From a virus: a stretch of 64,000 nucleotides of DNA. Location of the stretch: IMG/VR virus record IMGVR_UViG_3300030331_005816, positions 9,724 through 73,723 of that record; one strand, given 5' to 3'. Below, piece by piece: positions 1 through 8,916 of this stretch. The notes under the pieces are model-generated. The model saw nothing but the letters and a program-made list of their open reading frames with translations, had not been told where the DNA came from and did no database searches. The translations under genes and the position numbers were made by a program. Numbering within the stretch: the stretch's first letter is position 1; each line of letters starts with the position of its first letter.

Positions 1-2
1 AG

Positions 3-296
3 ATTATTCTTAGAGATAATAATCAGTGCCAATATTGTAGTATTGAACTACCAAACGATAAACTTACACTTGATCACATCATACCAAAAAGTAAGGGCGG
101 AAAAAATACTTGGGATAATTTGGTTGCCGCATGCAAAAAGTGTAATCAAAAGAAAGGGAACAGAACACCTGAACAGGCAAATATGAAATTGATTTGTAAA
201 CCCACTAAACCAAAATATAATATTCTCCGTTCAGTTGGAAAAAATCAAATATCTAAATTATGGGAAAATTACCTTTGGGAAATAAATGAAAAATAA
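3..296 (+). CDS. HNH endonuclease (McrA-like), 5'-truncated by window edge
   Basis: Frame 3 reads IILRDNNQCQYCSIELPNDKLTLDHIIPKSKGGKNTWDNLVAACKKCNQKKGNRTPEQANM..., i.e. CxxC, DHIIPxSKGG, NL-CxxCN. Stop TAA at 294-296. Not in ORF track. Confidence 0.9.
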   Translation: MILRDNNQCQYCSIELPNDKLTLDHIIPKSKGGKNTWDNLVAACKKCNQKKGNRTPEQANMKLICKPTKPKYNILRSVGKNQISKLWENYLWEINEK

Positions 297-531
297 AAAT
301 ATGATTTGTTATTTATCTGAAATCGGACACAGAAACTTTTTTTATCCGACACATGTAAAAGCTGTTTTAAATGACTCTTGTGAGTATGAGCTAATGAATT
401 TTATTGGTGGCTCATCAAGAAACTTAAAAGCAGTGAAAGTTAAAAATAGTTGTCTTGTTCCACTAGAAATTAATGATAATTTTGTACATACAGATTTAAA
501 TAGCTATTCTATTGTTTGGGTTAATGTTTGA
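286..531 (+). CDS. hypothetical protein (81 aa)
   Basis: ORF overlapping the HNH stop; no motif recognised. Confidence 0.55.
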   Translation: MKNKNMICYLSEIGHRNFFYPTHVKAVLNDSCEYELMNFIGGSSRNLKAVKVKNSCLVPLEINDNFVHTDLNSYSIVWVNV

Positions 532-558
532 CAAGTAATTTATCGTATGTTATATAAT
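528..558 (+). promoter_or_regulatory. sigma70-like promoter upstream of tRNA-Asn
   Basis: TTGACA (528-533), 17-nt spacer, TG-T-TATATA (TATAAT at 553-558). Confidence 0.65.
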
Positions 559-564
559 TTATAA

Positions 565-640
565 TGCCCCTTAGCTCAGTTGGTAGAGCAAGCGACTGTT
601 AATCGCTGGGTCCGCGGTTCAAGCCCGCGAGGGGCAGCCA
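565..640 (+). tRNA. tRNA-Asn (GTT)
   Basis: Acceptor TGCCCCT/AGGGGCA, D-arm GCTC/GAGC, anticodon arm AGCGA-CTGTTAA-TCGCT, T-arm CGCGG-TTCAAGC-CCGCG, encoded CCA. Confidence 0.97.
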
Positions 641-659
641 CTAAACATAGGAGAAAAAC

Positions 660-1136
660 ATGTCTGTTTTAAAAAGACTACAATCACTTAATTTATCAGA
701 TGATTCCATAATCACACTTATCCGTGAAGAAGGCACCGATGTTTTTGTTCACAATGAGACCGAAGTAGAAGATGCAATTAATGAGACAACAGTAATTGAA
801 GATTTTGCTACTTTAATTTCAAATACTGAGCTTGATGCCAGAAATCGCTGGAGCGGAAATATTATTGAGCATTTAAGAGAAAATGATTTTCTTGATGATT
901 ATGAAAGAGGTTCATTTGCATTTGAAGATTATTTAGCCGAAACATTATCAGAAAATTTTTATGATGTTGATTTAATTGAATATTCTACAGAAAAGTATGA
1001 CCACAAACGAGGCTTTACAACTTTAACTGCTCAAGTAGATATTCCTTTTGCAAATTTTGCAGAGGTTAATCCTTTTGTTTCTGGATGGACTGTATCTGTT
1101 GAAACAGATAACGGTACTTTGACATTTGATGCTTAA
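660..1136 (+). CDS. hypothetical highly acidic protein (158 aa)
   Basis: SD AGGAG upstream; about 34 D/E versus about 10 K/R by manual count. Confidence 0.8.
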   Translation: MSVLKRLQSLNLSDDSIITLIREEGTDVFVHNETEVEDAINETTVIEDFATLISNTELDARNRWSGNIIEHLRENDFLDDYERGSFAFEDYLAETLSENFYDVDLIEYSTEKYDHKRGFTTLTAQVDIPFANFAEVNPFVSGWTVSVETDNGTLTFDA

Positions 1137-1166
1137 TTGTTCTACTTATAAAAGGAGGGTAGTGTT

Positions 1167-1205
1167 ATGGAAAAATGTGATTGCTGTAACTGTGAATGTT
1201 GCTAA
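1167..1205 (+). CDS. putative 12-aa Cys-rich micropeptide MEKCDCCNCECC
   Basis: Strong SD AAGGAGG at 1152-1158, ATG 1167, TAA 1203-1205; 6 of 12 residues are Cys. Confidence 0.55.
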   Translation: MEKCDCCNCECC

Positions 1206-1210
1206 ATAAA

Positions 1211-1311
1211 TGCGCTGTTCTGCTCGCTTTATAAGCAGAAGGGGGTTGCCCGACCCAAACGTAGGCAGAGGTTTCCGGTTATCCTAGTTCTAGACAGAAA
1301 ACCGGTTTTTT
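1211..1311 (+). ncRNA. candidate structured RNA ending in an intrinsic terminator
   Basis: GC-rich island in AT-rich context: TTCTGCT/AGCAGAA stem, GGGT/ACCC stem whose loop TGCC can pair with GGCA (1264-1267), then CCGGTT/AACCGG stem plus T6. Confidence 0.4.
1275..1311 (+). terminator. putative rho-independent terminator
   Basis: CCGGTT (1275-1280) and AACCGG (1300-1305) followed by TTTTTT; the loop is long for a terminator. Confidence 0.45.
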
Positions 1312-1331
1312 ATATTTGACATATATACTTT

Positions 1332-1481
1332 ATGGAAGAAGTTGCAGAATTAACTATTTTAGCTATGGTTATGTTTGTAGCTGCTTTTTTTTGCTATCGT
1401 GTTTTATTGATTCCAAATGCTTCCATTAAATCGATTGAAAAAATACATGAAGTAGAAGATATGTTGTCTGGTAATGAGTAA
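1332..1481 (+). CDS. small single-pass membrane protein (49 aa)
   Basis: MEEVAELTILAMVMFVAAFFCYRVLLIPNASIK...GNE*; one hydrophobic stretch; ends 1 nt before tRNA-Thr; below ORF-track cutoff. Confidence 0.55.
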   Translation: MEEVAELTILAMVMFVAAFFCYRVLLIPNASIKSIEKIHEVEDMLSGNE

Positions 1482-1482
1482 T

Positions 1483-1558
1483 GCTCGCATAGCTCAATTG
1501 GTAGAGCAACGGTTTTGTAAACCGTAGGTTGTGGGTTCAAGTCCCTCTGCGAGCACCA
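1483..1558 (+). tRNA. tRNA-Thr (TGT)
   Basis: Acceptor GCTCGCA/TGCGAGC, anticodon arm ACGGT-TTTGTAA-ACCGT, T-loop TTCAAGT (one T-stem mismatch), encoded CCA. Confidence 0.95.
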
Positions 1559-1611
1559 TTATTTAAACTTACTTTAAAATTATAATACTATATATTGTAT
1601 AGAAGGCAGGT

Positions 1612-2949
1612 ATGTCAAAAAAGAAAAATTATGTGTTAGATACTAGTGTTTATCTAACAGATGCAGATGCTATTTATAAATTTGATAATCATGATATTTT
1701 TATTCCTCTTAAGGTTTTAGAAGAAGTTGATAATCACAAAAAAAGACAAGACTCTGTTGGCTCAAATGCTAGACAATTTATTCGTACACTTGATGAACTA
1801 AGAGCCAAGGGAAGTCTAGAAAATGGTATAAGAATCGATAAAGGAAAGGGTATTATAAAAGTAATATCTTATTCAAATTTGAATAATATAATTTTTCCAC
1901 CTGACTTAGACATGAGATTACCAGATCATACAATAATTGCAACTGCCAAAACAATTCAAGCAACTTTACCAGATAGGAAAACCATATTGGTAAGTCGAGA
2001 TATTAATATGCGAGTTATATGTGACTCTATTGGAATTCTCGCCGAAGATTTTGTTTCTGAAAAAGCTGTTAGAACATCTGAAGAATTGTACAATGGATTT
2101 GTTATACATTCAGTTGATGATCAAATAGTTGATCAGTATTATGCTGGAGAAGATGTTTTTATTGAAGAAGATGATTTTAAAGAACCATGGCACCCAAATC
2201 AATATGTTATGTTAGTCTCTAATGCAAATGAGAAAAAATCTGCCCTTGCAAGATACAAAAATTCTTTTGAACCTCTTCAGCAGGTTATTAATAAGGATAT
2301 TCACGATTGGAATATCAATGCTAGAAATAAAGAACAAGCATTTGCTATTGATTTACTTTTAAATCCAGACATCAAAATTGTGTCATTAATTGGCCGTGCT
2401 GGCTCTGGAAAGACTTTGATGGCTATTGCTGCAGGATTACAGCAGACTATAGGCTTGCGAGGCGAGAACAACCATTATGACCGAATGATAGTATCTCGAC
2501 CAGTGCAGCCATTGGGCAAAGATATTGGATTTTTACCCGGCACAATGGAAGAAAAAATGCTCCCATGGCTAATGCCAATTCAAGATAATCTTAAATTTTT
2601 AATGGGCGATAAAACATCTCTTCAAATGTATATGGAAAAAGGTAAGATTGAGTTAGAAGCACTAACATATATTAGAGGTCGTTCTATTGCGAATGCATTT
2701 ATAGTTATTGACGAGGCACAGAATTTAACTAAGCACGAGGTTAAAACAATTATCACTCGTATCGGTGAGGGTACCAAAATTATCCTAACAGGAGATATTG
2801 AACAGATTGATAATGTGTATGTTAATGAAACATCCAATGGATTAGCTCATGCTATTGAGAAATTTAAAGAATACCCAATAGCTGGTCATGTTACATTTAG
2901 AAAAGGTGAAAGATCAGAAGTTGCTACACTAGCTTCAAAAGTACTGTAA
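1612..2949 (+). CDS. phoH: PIN domain + PhoH-family ATPase (PhoH2/YlaK-like)
   Basis: N-terminal YVLDTSV...VLEEVD...D-x-NMR PIN motifs; Walker A GRAGSGKT; IGFLPG, YIRGRS, DEAQN, GDIEQID. Confidence 0.95.
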   Translation: MSKKKNYVLDTSVYLTDADAIYKFDNHDIFIPLKVLEEVDNHKKRQDSVGSNARQFIRTLDELRAKGSLENGIRIDKGKGIIKVISYSNLNNIIFPPDLDMRLPDHTIIATAKTIQATLPDRKTILVSRDINMRVICDSIGILAEDFVSEKAVRTSEELYNGFVIHSVDDQIVDQYYAGEDVFIEEDDFKEPWHPNQYVMLVSNANEKKSALARYKNSFEPLQQVINKDIHDWNINARNKEQAFAIDLLLNPDIKIVSLIGRAGSGKTLMAIAAGLQQTIGLRGENNHYDRMIVSRPVQPLGKDIGFLPGTMEEKMLPWLMPIQDNLKFLMGDKTSLQMYMEKGKIELEALTYIRGRSIANAFIVIDEAQNLTKHEVKTIITRIGEGTKIILTGDIEQIDNVYVNETSNGLAHAIEKFKEYPIAGHVTFRKGERSEVATLASKVL

Positions 2950-2994
2950 AATGGTATTTCATGTGTTATAATTAATGATATAGGAGATATAGCT

Positions 2995-3315
2995 ATGAGT
3001 AATAAAAAAGAACAATCTTCTTCGATTACAGAAGAACAAGCCCATTTAAATCCCGTGTTGGCTATGACAGTTGAAAAAGATTCAGAATTAAAAAGTTATC
3101 TTGTCGATTATGTTGGCACCAAATTTGATCAAGAAAATGTAACTGTTAACATGGTTGCAGAAATTTTGGCAACAGAATTTCCAGATTTTATGTATGCCAT
3201 GGCAGAAGAAAATTTTCTTAGAGGGTACCAACTCGGCCTAAATGATGCAATAAATGGCTTTACTGAGTTAGAAGATGAAGACTTACATACAACAACGACA
3301 ACAAAAACTTCGTGA
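2995..3315 (+). CDS. hypothetical phage protein (106 aa)
   Basis: SD AGGAG; extended -10 TGTTATAAT at 2964-2972. Confidence 0.75.
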   Translation: MSNKKEQSSSITEEQAHLNPVLAMTVEKDSELKSYLVDYVGTKFDQENVTVNMVAEILATEFPDFMYAMAEENFLRGYQLGLNDAINGFTELEDEDLHTTTTTKTS

Positions 3316-3961
3316 ATCGCAGACAAATTTTTACACCCCGTCTGGAATTCATATTTATATAAAAGAACCTGTAAATCAAACCGTTGTTAGTCGGGCCCTA
3401 AATATGTTAGAGCAGAGAGTACCGATCCATATACTATCTGAAGTAGAAATGATTATGTTTGGTTGGTTTGCTGAATTTGATGAACGAGGTCTACAGGCAT
3501 ATTTTGATGGTGGAACAATTTTTGTATCTAATCTCTTTGATGATGAGATAGAATTATTTGAAACTTTGATCCACGAAACAGCACATGCAGTTGAAAAAAC
3601 TTACGGCTATGAAATTTACGGTGATGATAAAATAAAACAGGAATTTATTAGAAAAAGACAATACCTTCATGACATTTTATGGAAAGAAGGCTACAAAATG
3701 CCAATATCTGTTTTTCTTGACACAGAATACGACCAAGAATTTGATGAAATGCTATATCAAAAAATTGGTTATGGTAAACTCGATGGCTACGCTGCTGGCA
3801 TTTTCATTACATCATATGGTGCCACTTCTTTAAGAGAATATTTTGCAACCGCATTTGATGATTACTTTATAAATCCCAACCATTCATTTTTAAAAAAGAT
3901 TAGTCCTGCAGTTTATGAAAAAATAAATTTAGTTTTAAGTGAAGAAGAACTTGACATTTGA
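3275..3961 (+). CDS. putative zincin metallopeptidase
   Basis: HETAH (HExxH) with downstream YGATSLREYFA supplying a third-ligand Glu. Confidence 0.6.
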   Translation: MKTYIQQRQQKLRESQTNFYTPSGIHIYIKEPVNQTVVSRALNMLEQRVPIHILSEVEMIMFGWFAEFDERGLQAYFDGGTIFVSNLFDDEIELFETLIHETAHAVEKTYGYEIYGDDKIKQEFIRKRQYLHDILWKEGYKMPISVFLDTEYDQEFDEMLYQKIGYGKLDGYAAGIFITSYGATSLREYFATAFDDYFINPNHSFLKKISPAVYEKINLVLSEEELDI

Positions 3962-3978
3962 TTTCAAATGGTTATAAT
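3951..3978 (+). promoter_or_regulatory. sigma70-like promoter for the nuclease/glycan operon
   Basis: TTGACA (3951-3956), 16 nt, TATAAT (3973-3978). Confidence 0.7.
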
Positions 3979-4000
3979 ATAACTTAATATTGGAATATAT

Positions 4001-4762
4001 ATGAAACACATTTCCTATTCTGAATTAAAAGACTGGGCTCACTGCCCTTTCTATCACAAACTTACACGAATTGATGGAATCGATGGATTCACCGGAAACG
4101 AATACACCGCTTTCGGTTCTGCCATTCATTCTGTGTGTGAGAAAAAATTACTTAATGAAGAAGTGAAAGAAGATTTTTTTGTCCGTGAATTAAAAAAGAA
4201 TATTTCTGAACTTGATGATGATGTAGATTTAAAGACAGTCCATCAGATGATGAAGCAGGGTAATAAAATCATCCCTGAAATTGATGATGCTTTGTCAGAC
4301 TACTTTGACGAATATGAAGTACTGGCTGTTGAATTGCCACTATATGAGCCTATGAAAAATCAAAATTTTCGTTTTAAAGGTTACATCGATGCAGTTGTAG
4401 CAACACCAGACGGTAAAGTACATATTTTTGACTGGAAGACTTGTTCATGGGGTTGGGACTCACGAAAACGGAGTGACAAAATGGTTACCTATCAATTGAC
4501 TTTATATAAACACTTTTTCTGCCAGAAGATGTCAATTGAACCAAAAAATGTAGAAACACACTTTGCACTTCTTAAAAGAACAGCCAAAAATAATCATGTA
4601 GAATTTTTTAGAGTCACAAGTGGCCCAAAAAAGACAGAAAATGCACTTAAACTTTTAAATACTGCAATATACAATATTGAAAACGAAAGGTATATTAAGA
4701 ATCGTCTTTCGTGTACTTCCGGTTACGGATGTAAATTTTATAAGACAGAACACTGTCCATGA
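4001..4762 (+). CDS. PD-(D/E)XK Cas4/RecB-like exonuclease
   Basis: SYSEL..CP, GSAIH, E...GYIDAV...IFDWKT, QLTLY, C-terminal C-x5-C-x7-CP (probable Fe-S ligands). Confidence 0.85.
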   Translation: MKHISYSELKDWAHCPFYHKLTRIDGIDGFTGNEYTAFGSAIHSVCEKKLLNEEVKEDFFVRELKKNISELDDDVDLKTVHQMMKQGNKIIPEIDDALSDYFDEYEVLAVELPLYEPMKNQNFRFKGYIDAVVATPDGKVHIFDWKTCSWGWDSRKRSDKMVTYQLTLYKHFFCQKMSIEPKNVETHFALLKRTAKNNHVEFFRVTSGPKKTENALKLLNTAIYNIENERYIKNRLSCTSGYGCKFYKTEHCP

Positions 4763-4769
4763 GGAATAA

Positions 4770-6053
4770 ATGAAAAAAACAAAAATTCTAACCTTGTCTG
4801 ATCACCCGCTATCACCATCGGGTGTTGGTACACAAACAAGGTATTTTATCGAAGCACTTTTAAAAACTGGTAGATATCAGTTTGTTTGCTTGGGTGGAGC
4901 AATGAAACACAATGATTATACCCCTACAAATGTTGAACCTTATGGGGAAGATTGGCAAATTATACCAGTTGATACATACGGAACACCTGATATTATTCGC
5001 TCTGTTTTACAAAACGAACGGCCAGATGTTTTGTGGTTCATGACAGATCCGCGGTTTTACGAGTGGTTGTGGGAAATGGACAACGAAATTAGATCACTCG
5101 TGCCAATGGTATATTACCATGTGTGGGATAACTTTCCAGCACCTGAGTTTAACGGTAAGTGGTATCGTTCTACAGACGAAATCGTAGCAATTTCAAAAGT
5201 AACATATGGTTGTGTTAAAGAAGTAGTGCCTGAAGCTTCATTAAATTATATCCCACATGCAGTTCCAACACAATTTTTTCACCCTGCTACAAGTAACGAT
5301 GAAAAAAATAAAGCTGCAACTTTAAGAAATAATATAATCAATACATCAACTGAATTTAATAATCCAAAAAAGAAGATATTTTTCTGGAACAGTAGAAATG
5401 CAAGAAGAAAGTTAAGTGGTACACTTATTTGGTGGTTTAAAGAATTACTAGACGAAATCGGGCACGATAAAGCCTCGCTACTTATGCATACAGATGCTAG
5501 GGATCCACATGGCCAAGATCTGCCTCATATTATGGAAAGATTGGGTTTAACCGATGGTCAAGTGTTGTTATCAACGAATAAAGTTAGCCCAGAAGAACTG
5601 GCACATATGTATCGTGCAGCCGACTACACTATTGGCATTAGCGATGCTGAAGGTTTTGGTTTATCAACACTTGAATCATTAACATGCGGAACTCCAATTA
5701 TTGCAAACATGACAGGCGGCCTTCAAGAGCAGGTAACTGATGGTACAAACTGGTTTGGCTGGGGCATTGAGCCTGTAAGTAAAACTGTCATTGGTTCTTT
5801 GCAAGTACCATATATCTATGAAGATAGAATCTCACAAAAAGATTTTAATGCAACAATTAAGAAAGCAATAAAATTAAGCAAACCAAAATATCAAAAGCTT
5901 TCAAAAATGTGCTTACAACATGTTAAGGATAATTATAGTTTTGAAAAATTTGAACAATCTTGGATTAATTTAATGGATGAAATTGTAGAGAAACATGGTT
6001 CTTGGGAAACTAGAAAAAATTATGATCGTTGGACACTATTGGAGGTAGCATAA
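4770..6053 (+). CDS. glycosyltransferase family 4 (GT-B)
   Basis: SGVG N-terminal loop, RNARRK, EGFGLSTLESLTCGTPII. Confidence 0.92.
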   Translation: MKKTKILTLSDHPLSPSGVGTQTRYFIEALLKTGRYQFVCLGGAMKHNDYTPTNVEPYGEDWQIIPVDTYGTPDIIRSVLQNERPDVLWFMTDPRFYEWLWEMDNEIRSLVPMVYYHVWDNFPAPEFNGKWYRSTDEIVAISKVTYGCVKEVVPEASLNYIPHAVPTQFFHPATSNDEKNKAATLRNNIINTSTEFNNPKKKIFFWNSRNARRKLSGTLIWWFKELLDEIGHDKASLLMHTDARDPHGQDLPHIMERLGLTDGQVLLSTNKVSPEELAHMYRAADYTIGISDAEGFGLSTLESLTCGTPIIANMTGGLQEQVTDGTNWFGWGIEPVSKTVIGSLQVPYIYEDRISQKDFNATIKKAIKLSKPKYQKLSKMCLQHVKDNYSFEKFEQSWINLMDEIVEKHGSWETRKNYDRWTLLEVA

Positions 6054-7306
6054 TGCTTCAAAAAGTAATTTTAACAGCACCGGTATTAACTCGTTCAGGC
6101 TATGGTGAACAATCAAGATTCGCCTTAAGAGCACTTAGGTCGCGACCGGATTTATTTGATATTTATATTCATCCTTTAGAATGGGGTAAAACTTCTTGGC
6201 TTAGTGAAGATAATGAGGAAAGAAAATGGATTGATCAAACAATCCAAAAAACAATTGATTTTCTTCAAGTAAATAACAGTGCAGATAATAACTTATTTGA
6301 TGTATCACTACAGGTCACTATTCCAAATGAGTGGCAAAATATTGCTAATCACAATGTTGGTTATACTGCTGGCATTGAAACAACAAGGGTAGCACACGAA
6401 TGGTTACAAAAAGGTAACGAAATGGATAGTATTATTGTTGTTTCTGAACACTCTAAGAATGTATATAGAAACACAGTTTATGATGCACACAATCAGCAAA
6501 CAGGCGAAGACATTACATTATCATTGAACACTCAAATTTCTACAGTCAATTACCCTGTAAAAACATATGATAATTTAGAAGCTCTTGAGCTTAACTTAAA
6601 GCATGATTTTAATTTTGTTACCGTTGCACAAATGGGCCCAAGAAAAAACATCGATAATACCATTAATTGGTTTTTACAAGAGTTCCACGACGATGAAGTT
6701 GGGTTAGTGGTAAAAACAAATGTTGCTAAAAATTGTCAAGTTGATAAAGAAATAGTTCACGGCTCATTAATGAGACTTATTAGAGCCCATGATGCCACTA
6801 ATGAAAATAGAAAATGTAAACTTTATTTGCTTCACGGTGACTTAACTGACCAAGAAATGCACGAACTATATTTAAACCCAAAAATTAAAGCGACTGTTTG
6901 TTTAACACACGGTGAAGGATTTGGTTTACCAATGTTTGAATCAGCTTACATGGGTGTTCCGGTTGTTGCTACAGATTGGTCGGGTCAGTTAGATTTCCTT
7001 TGTGATTCGGAAAAAAGAACAAAATTCTACAATGTTGGCTTTGATTTACAACCAGTTCCTGATCAAATATTGTGGGATGGTGTAATTGTTAAGGGTTCAA
7101 TGTGGGCAGTTCCAAGAGAAAACTCTGCAAAGTATAACATGAGGCTGTGCTATGATGAAGTTACCGAGGGGACTAACAGTGCATGCGAATATTCAAAAGA
7201 ACTTTGTGAGAGGTTTTCAGAAGATAAGATGTATGCAGCTTTTATTGAAGCTATGAATTTGCCAATTGTACAAACTCCAGAATCAGAATTGGTAGAATTT
7301 GAATGA
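6053..7306 (+). CDS. glycosyltransferase family 4 (GT-B)
   Basis: SGYGE, PRKN, GEGFGLPMFESAYMGVPVVATDWSGQLDF; start at TAATG overlap (6053) with SD GGAGG. Confidence 0.92.
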   Translation: MLQKVILTAPVLTRSGYGEQSRFALRALRSRPDLFDIYIHPLEWGKTSWLSEDNEERKWIDQTIQKTIDFLQVNNSADNNLFDVSLQVTIPNEWQNIANHNVGYTAGIETTRVAHEWLQKGNEMDSIIVVSEHSKNVYRNTVYDAHNQQTGEDITLSLNTQISTVNYPVKTYDNLEALELNLKHDFNFVTVAQMGPRKNIDNTINWFLQEFHDDEVGLVVKTNVAKNCQVDKEIVHGSLMRLIRAHDATNENRKCKLYLLHGDLTDQEMHELYLNPKIKATVCLTHGEGFGLPMFESAYMGVPVVATDWSGQLDFLCDSEKRTKFYNVGFDLQPVPDQILWDGVIVKGSMWAVPRENSAKYNMRLCYDEVTEGTNSACEYSKELCERFSEDKMYAAFIEAMNLPIVQTPESELVEFE

Positions 7307-8916
7307 GTAAGTTAGTTTATGTCAGCGATTTTTTTGTTGAGCACATCGCCGGCGGTGCTGAGATAAACGATTCTATATTATTAGAGAATCTATCAAAAGA
7401 TATAAAAGTAGTCAAGTTTTTATCTCGTGAATTTACTAGCAAACATGTAAATTTATATCTTAAAAGTGGCTTTAAGTTTTTAATATCAAATTTTGCTACT
7501 CTTGATGTTAGCACAATGCAAGAGTTAGTAAATAATCCCAAGTGTTATTCCATAATCGAACACGACCACAAGTATTTAAAACATAGAAATCCATCAATAT
7601 ATAAAGATATGCTTGCACCACCGCAAGATATTATAAACAGAATACTGTATGCTAATGCCGCCTGTGTATTCGCACAGTCTAATATACACAAACAAGTTAT
7701 TCAAAGAAACTTAAAAATTTCTAATGTCATAAATCTTGGCATGAGTTTGTGGTCAGATGAGCAATTATCGATAATTGAAAAAAACTACAGCGATGTAAAA
7801 AAACCGGGCTGTTCTATAGTAAACAGTCAAAATCCAACTAAAAATACAGCAGGAACAATTCAGTTCTGTGAAACCAATAATATTGAATATAATTTAATTG
7901 GTTCTCCCTCTTACGAGGAGTTTATAAAACAACTATCTGAATACGAAAGATATGTTTACATGCCAATTGTTCTTGAAACCTTTAACAGAGTTATAATTGA
8001 AGCTAGAATGTTGGGATGCAAAATCTCATCTACTAATTTAAATGGATGCTTTTCTGAAGATTGGTTTTCAAAGTACAAGGGCAAAGAACTAATTGAATAT
8101 GTGAGACAGCAGCGACAAAGAGTTGTTAATGAAGTTGCTAGCGGTATATTTGATGATTCAGATACCAAAGAAAAATCAGACATTACAGTTATTTTGAACG
8201 GGTATAGAAGGCCATATAATCTTAAAATGCAAGTTGATGCATTAAGAAGCCAAACAAACCCTCCAAAGCAAATTTGGCTGTGGATTAATGATCATGAAGA
8301 CAATCATGGTTTTGATTTTGAATCTATTGGAGTAGATAGAATATTTCATAATGATTATAATTGGAAGTTCTATGGCCGCTTTGCAGCAGCACTTTTAGCA
8401 GACACCGAGTATATTGCAATCTATGATGATGATACTGTGCCCGGCAAAAGGTGGCATGAGAATTGCTTAAAAACAATGAAGACTCATGAGGGTATTCTTG
8501 GTTCTGCCGGCATCATACTCAATGGTTCACGATATGTGCAACACGACAGGTGCGGCTGGCCAACACAAAATTCAACCACAACTGAAGTTGATTTAGTTGG
8601 CCATGCTTGGTTTTTTAAACGAGAGTGGTTACGATATCTCTGGCAAGAAAAACCTGTCACTTGGGATAATGGAGAAGATATCCAATTTGCTTTTATGGCA
8701 AAAATCCATGGGGGTATACCAACATATTGTCCGCCACATCCGCCCGAAGACATTGATTTGCATGGTTCTATACTTGGGAATGAATTAGGTATAGACAATA
8801 AAGCAACATCAACCAATTCTGCTGTTTCGCATCAACAATTTTTCTCCGAAAGAGATATGTGTGTGCAAACAGGACTACAAAAAGGCTGGAAAACAGTCAA
8901 TAATATAACATTATGA
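7303..8916 (+). CDS. two-domain glycosyltransferase (GT-B-like N-terminus + GT2/GT-A C-terminus)
   Basis: GGAE and ETFNRVIIEARMLGC in the N-half; ITVILNGYRR...YDDDTVPG...GED in the C-half. Confidence 0.8.
   Translation: MSKLVYVSDFFVEHIAGGAEINDSILLENLSKDIKVVKFLSREFTSKHVNLYLKSGFKFLISNFATLDVSTMQELVNNPKCYSIIEHDHKYLKHRNPSIYKDMLAPPQDIINRILYANAACVFAQSNIHKQVIQRNLKISNVINLGMSLWSDEQLSIIEKNYSDVKKPGCSIVNSQNPTKNTAGTIQFCETNNIEYNLIGSPSYEEFIKQLSEYERYVYMPIVLETFNRVIIEARMLGCKISSTNLNGCFSEDWFSKYKGKELIEYVRQQRQRVVNEVASGIFDDSDTKEKSDITVILNGYRRPYNLKMQVDALRSQTNPPKQIWLWINDHEDNHGFDFESIGVDRIFHNDYNWKFYGRFAAALLADTEYIAIYDDDTVPGKRWHENCLKTMKTHEGILGSAGIILNGSRYVQHDRCGWPTQNSTTTEVDLVGHAWFFKREWLRYLWQEKPVTWDNGEDIQFAFMAKIHGGIPTYCPPHPPEDIDLHGSILGNELGIDNKATSTNSAVSHQQFFSERDMCVQTGLQKGWKTVNNITL

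Noticed and set aside
641-1611. tRNA-associated HDV-like (theta) ribozymes
   Set aside because: Sequence immediately 3' of both tRNAs is AT-rich leader/SD; the structured element at 1211-1311 is not adjacent to a tRNA 3' end.
4001-4762. Cas4 as part of a CRISPR-Cas system
   Set aside because: No cas1/cas2 or array nearby; solo Cas4-like nucleases are common in phages.
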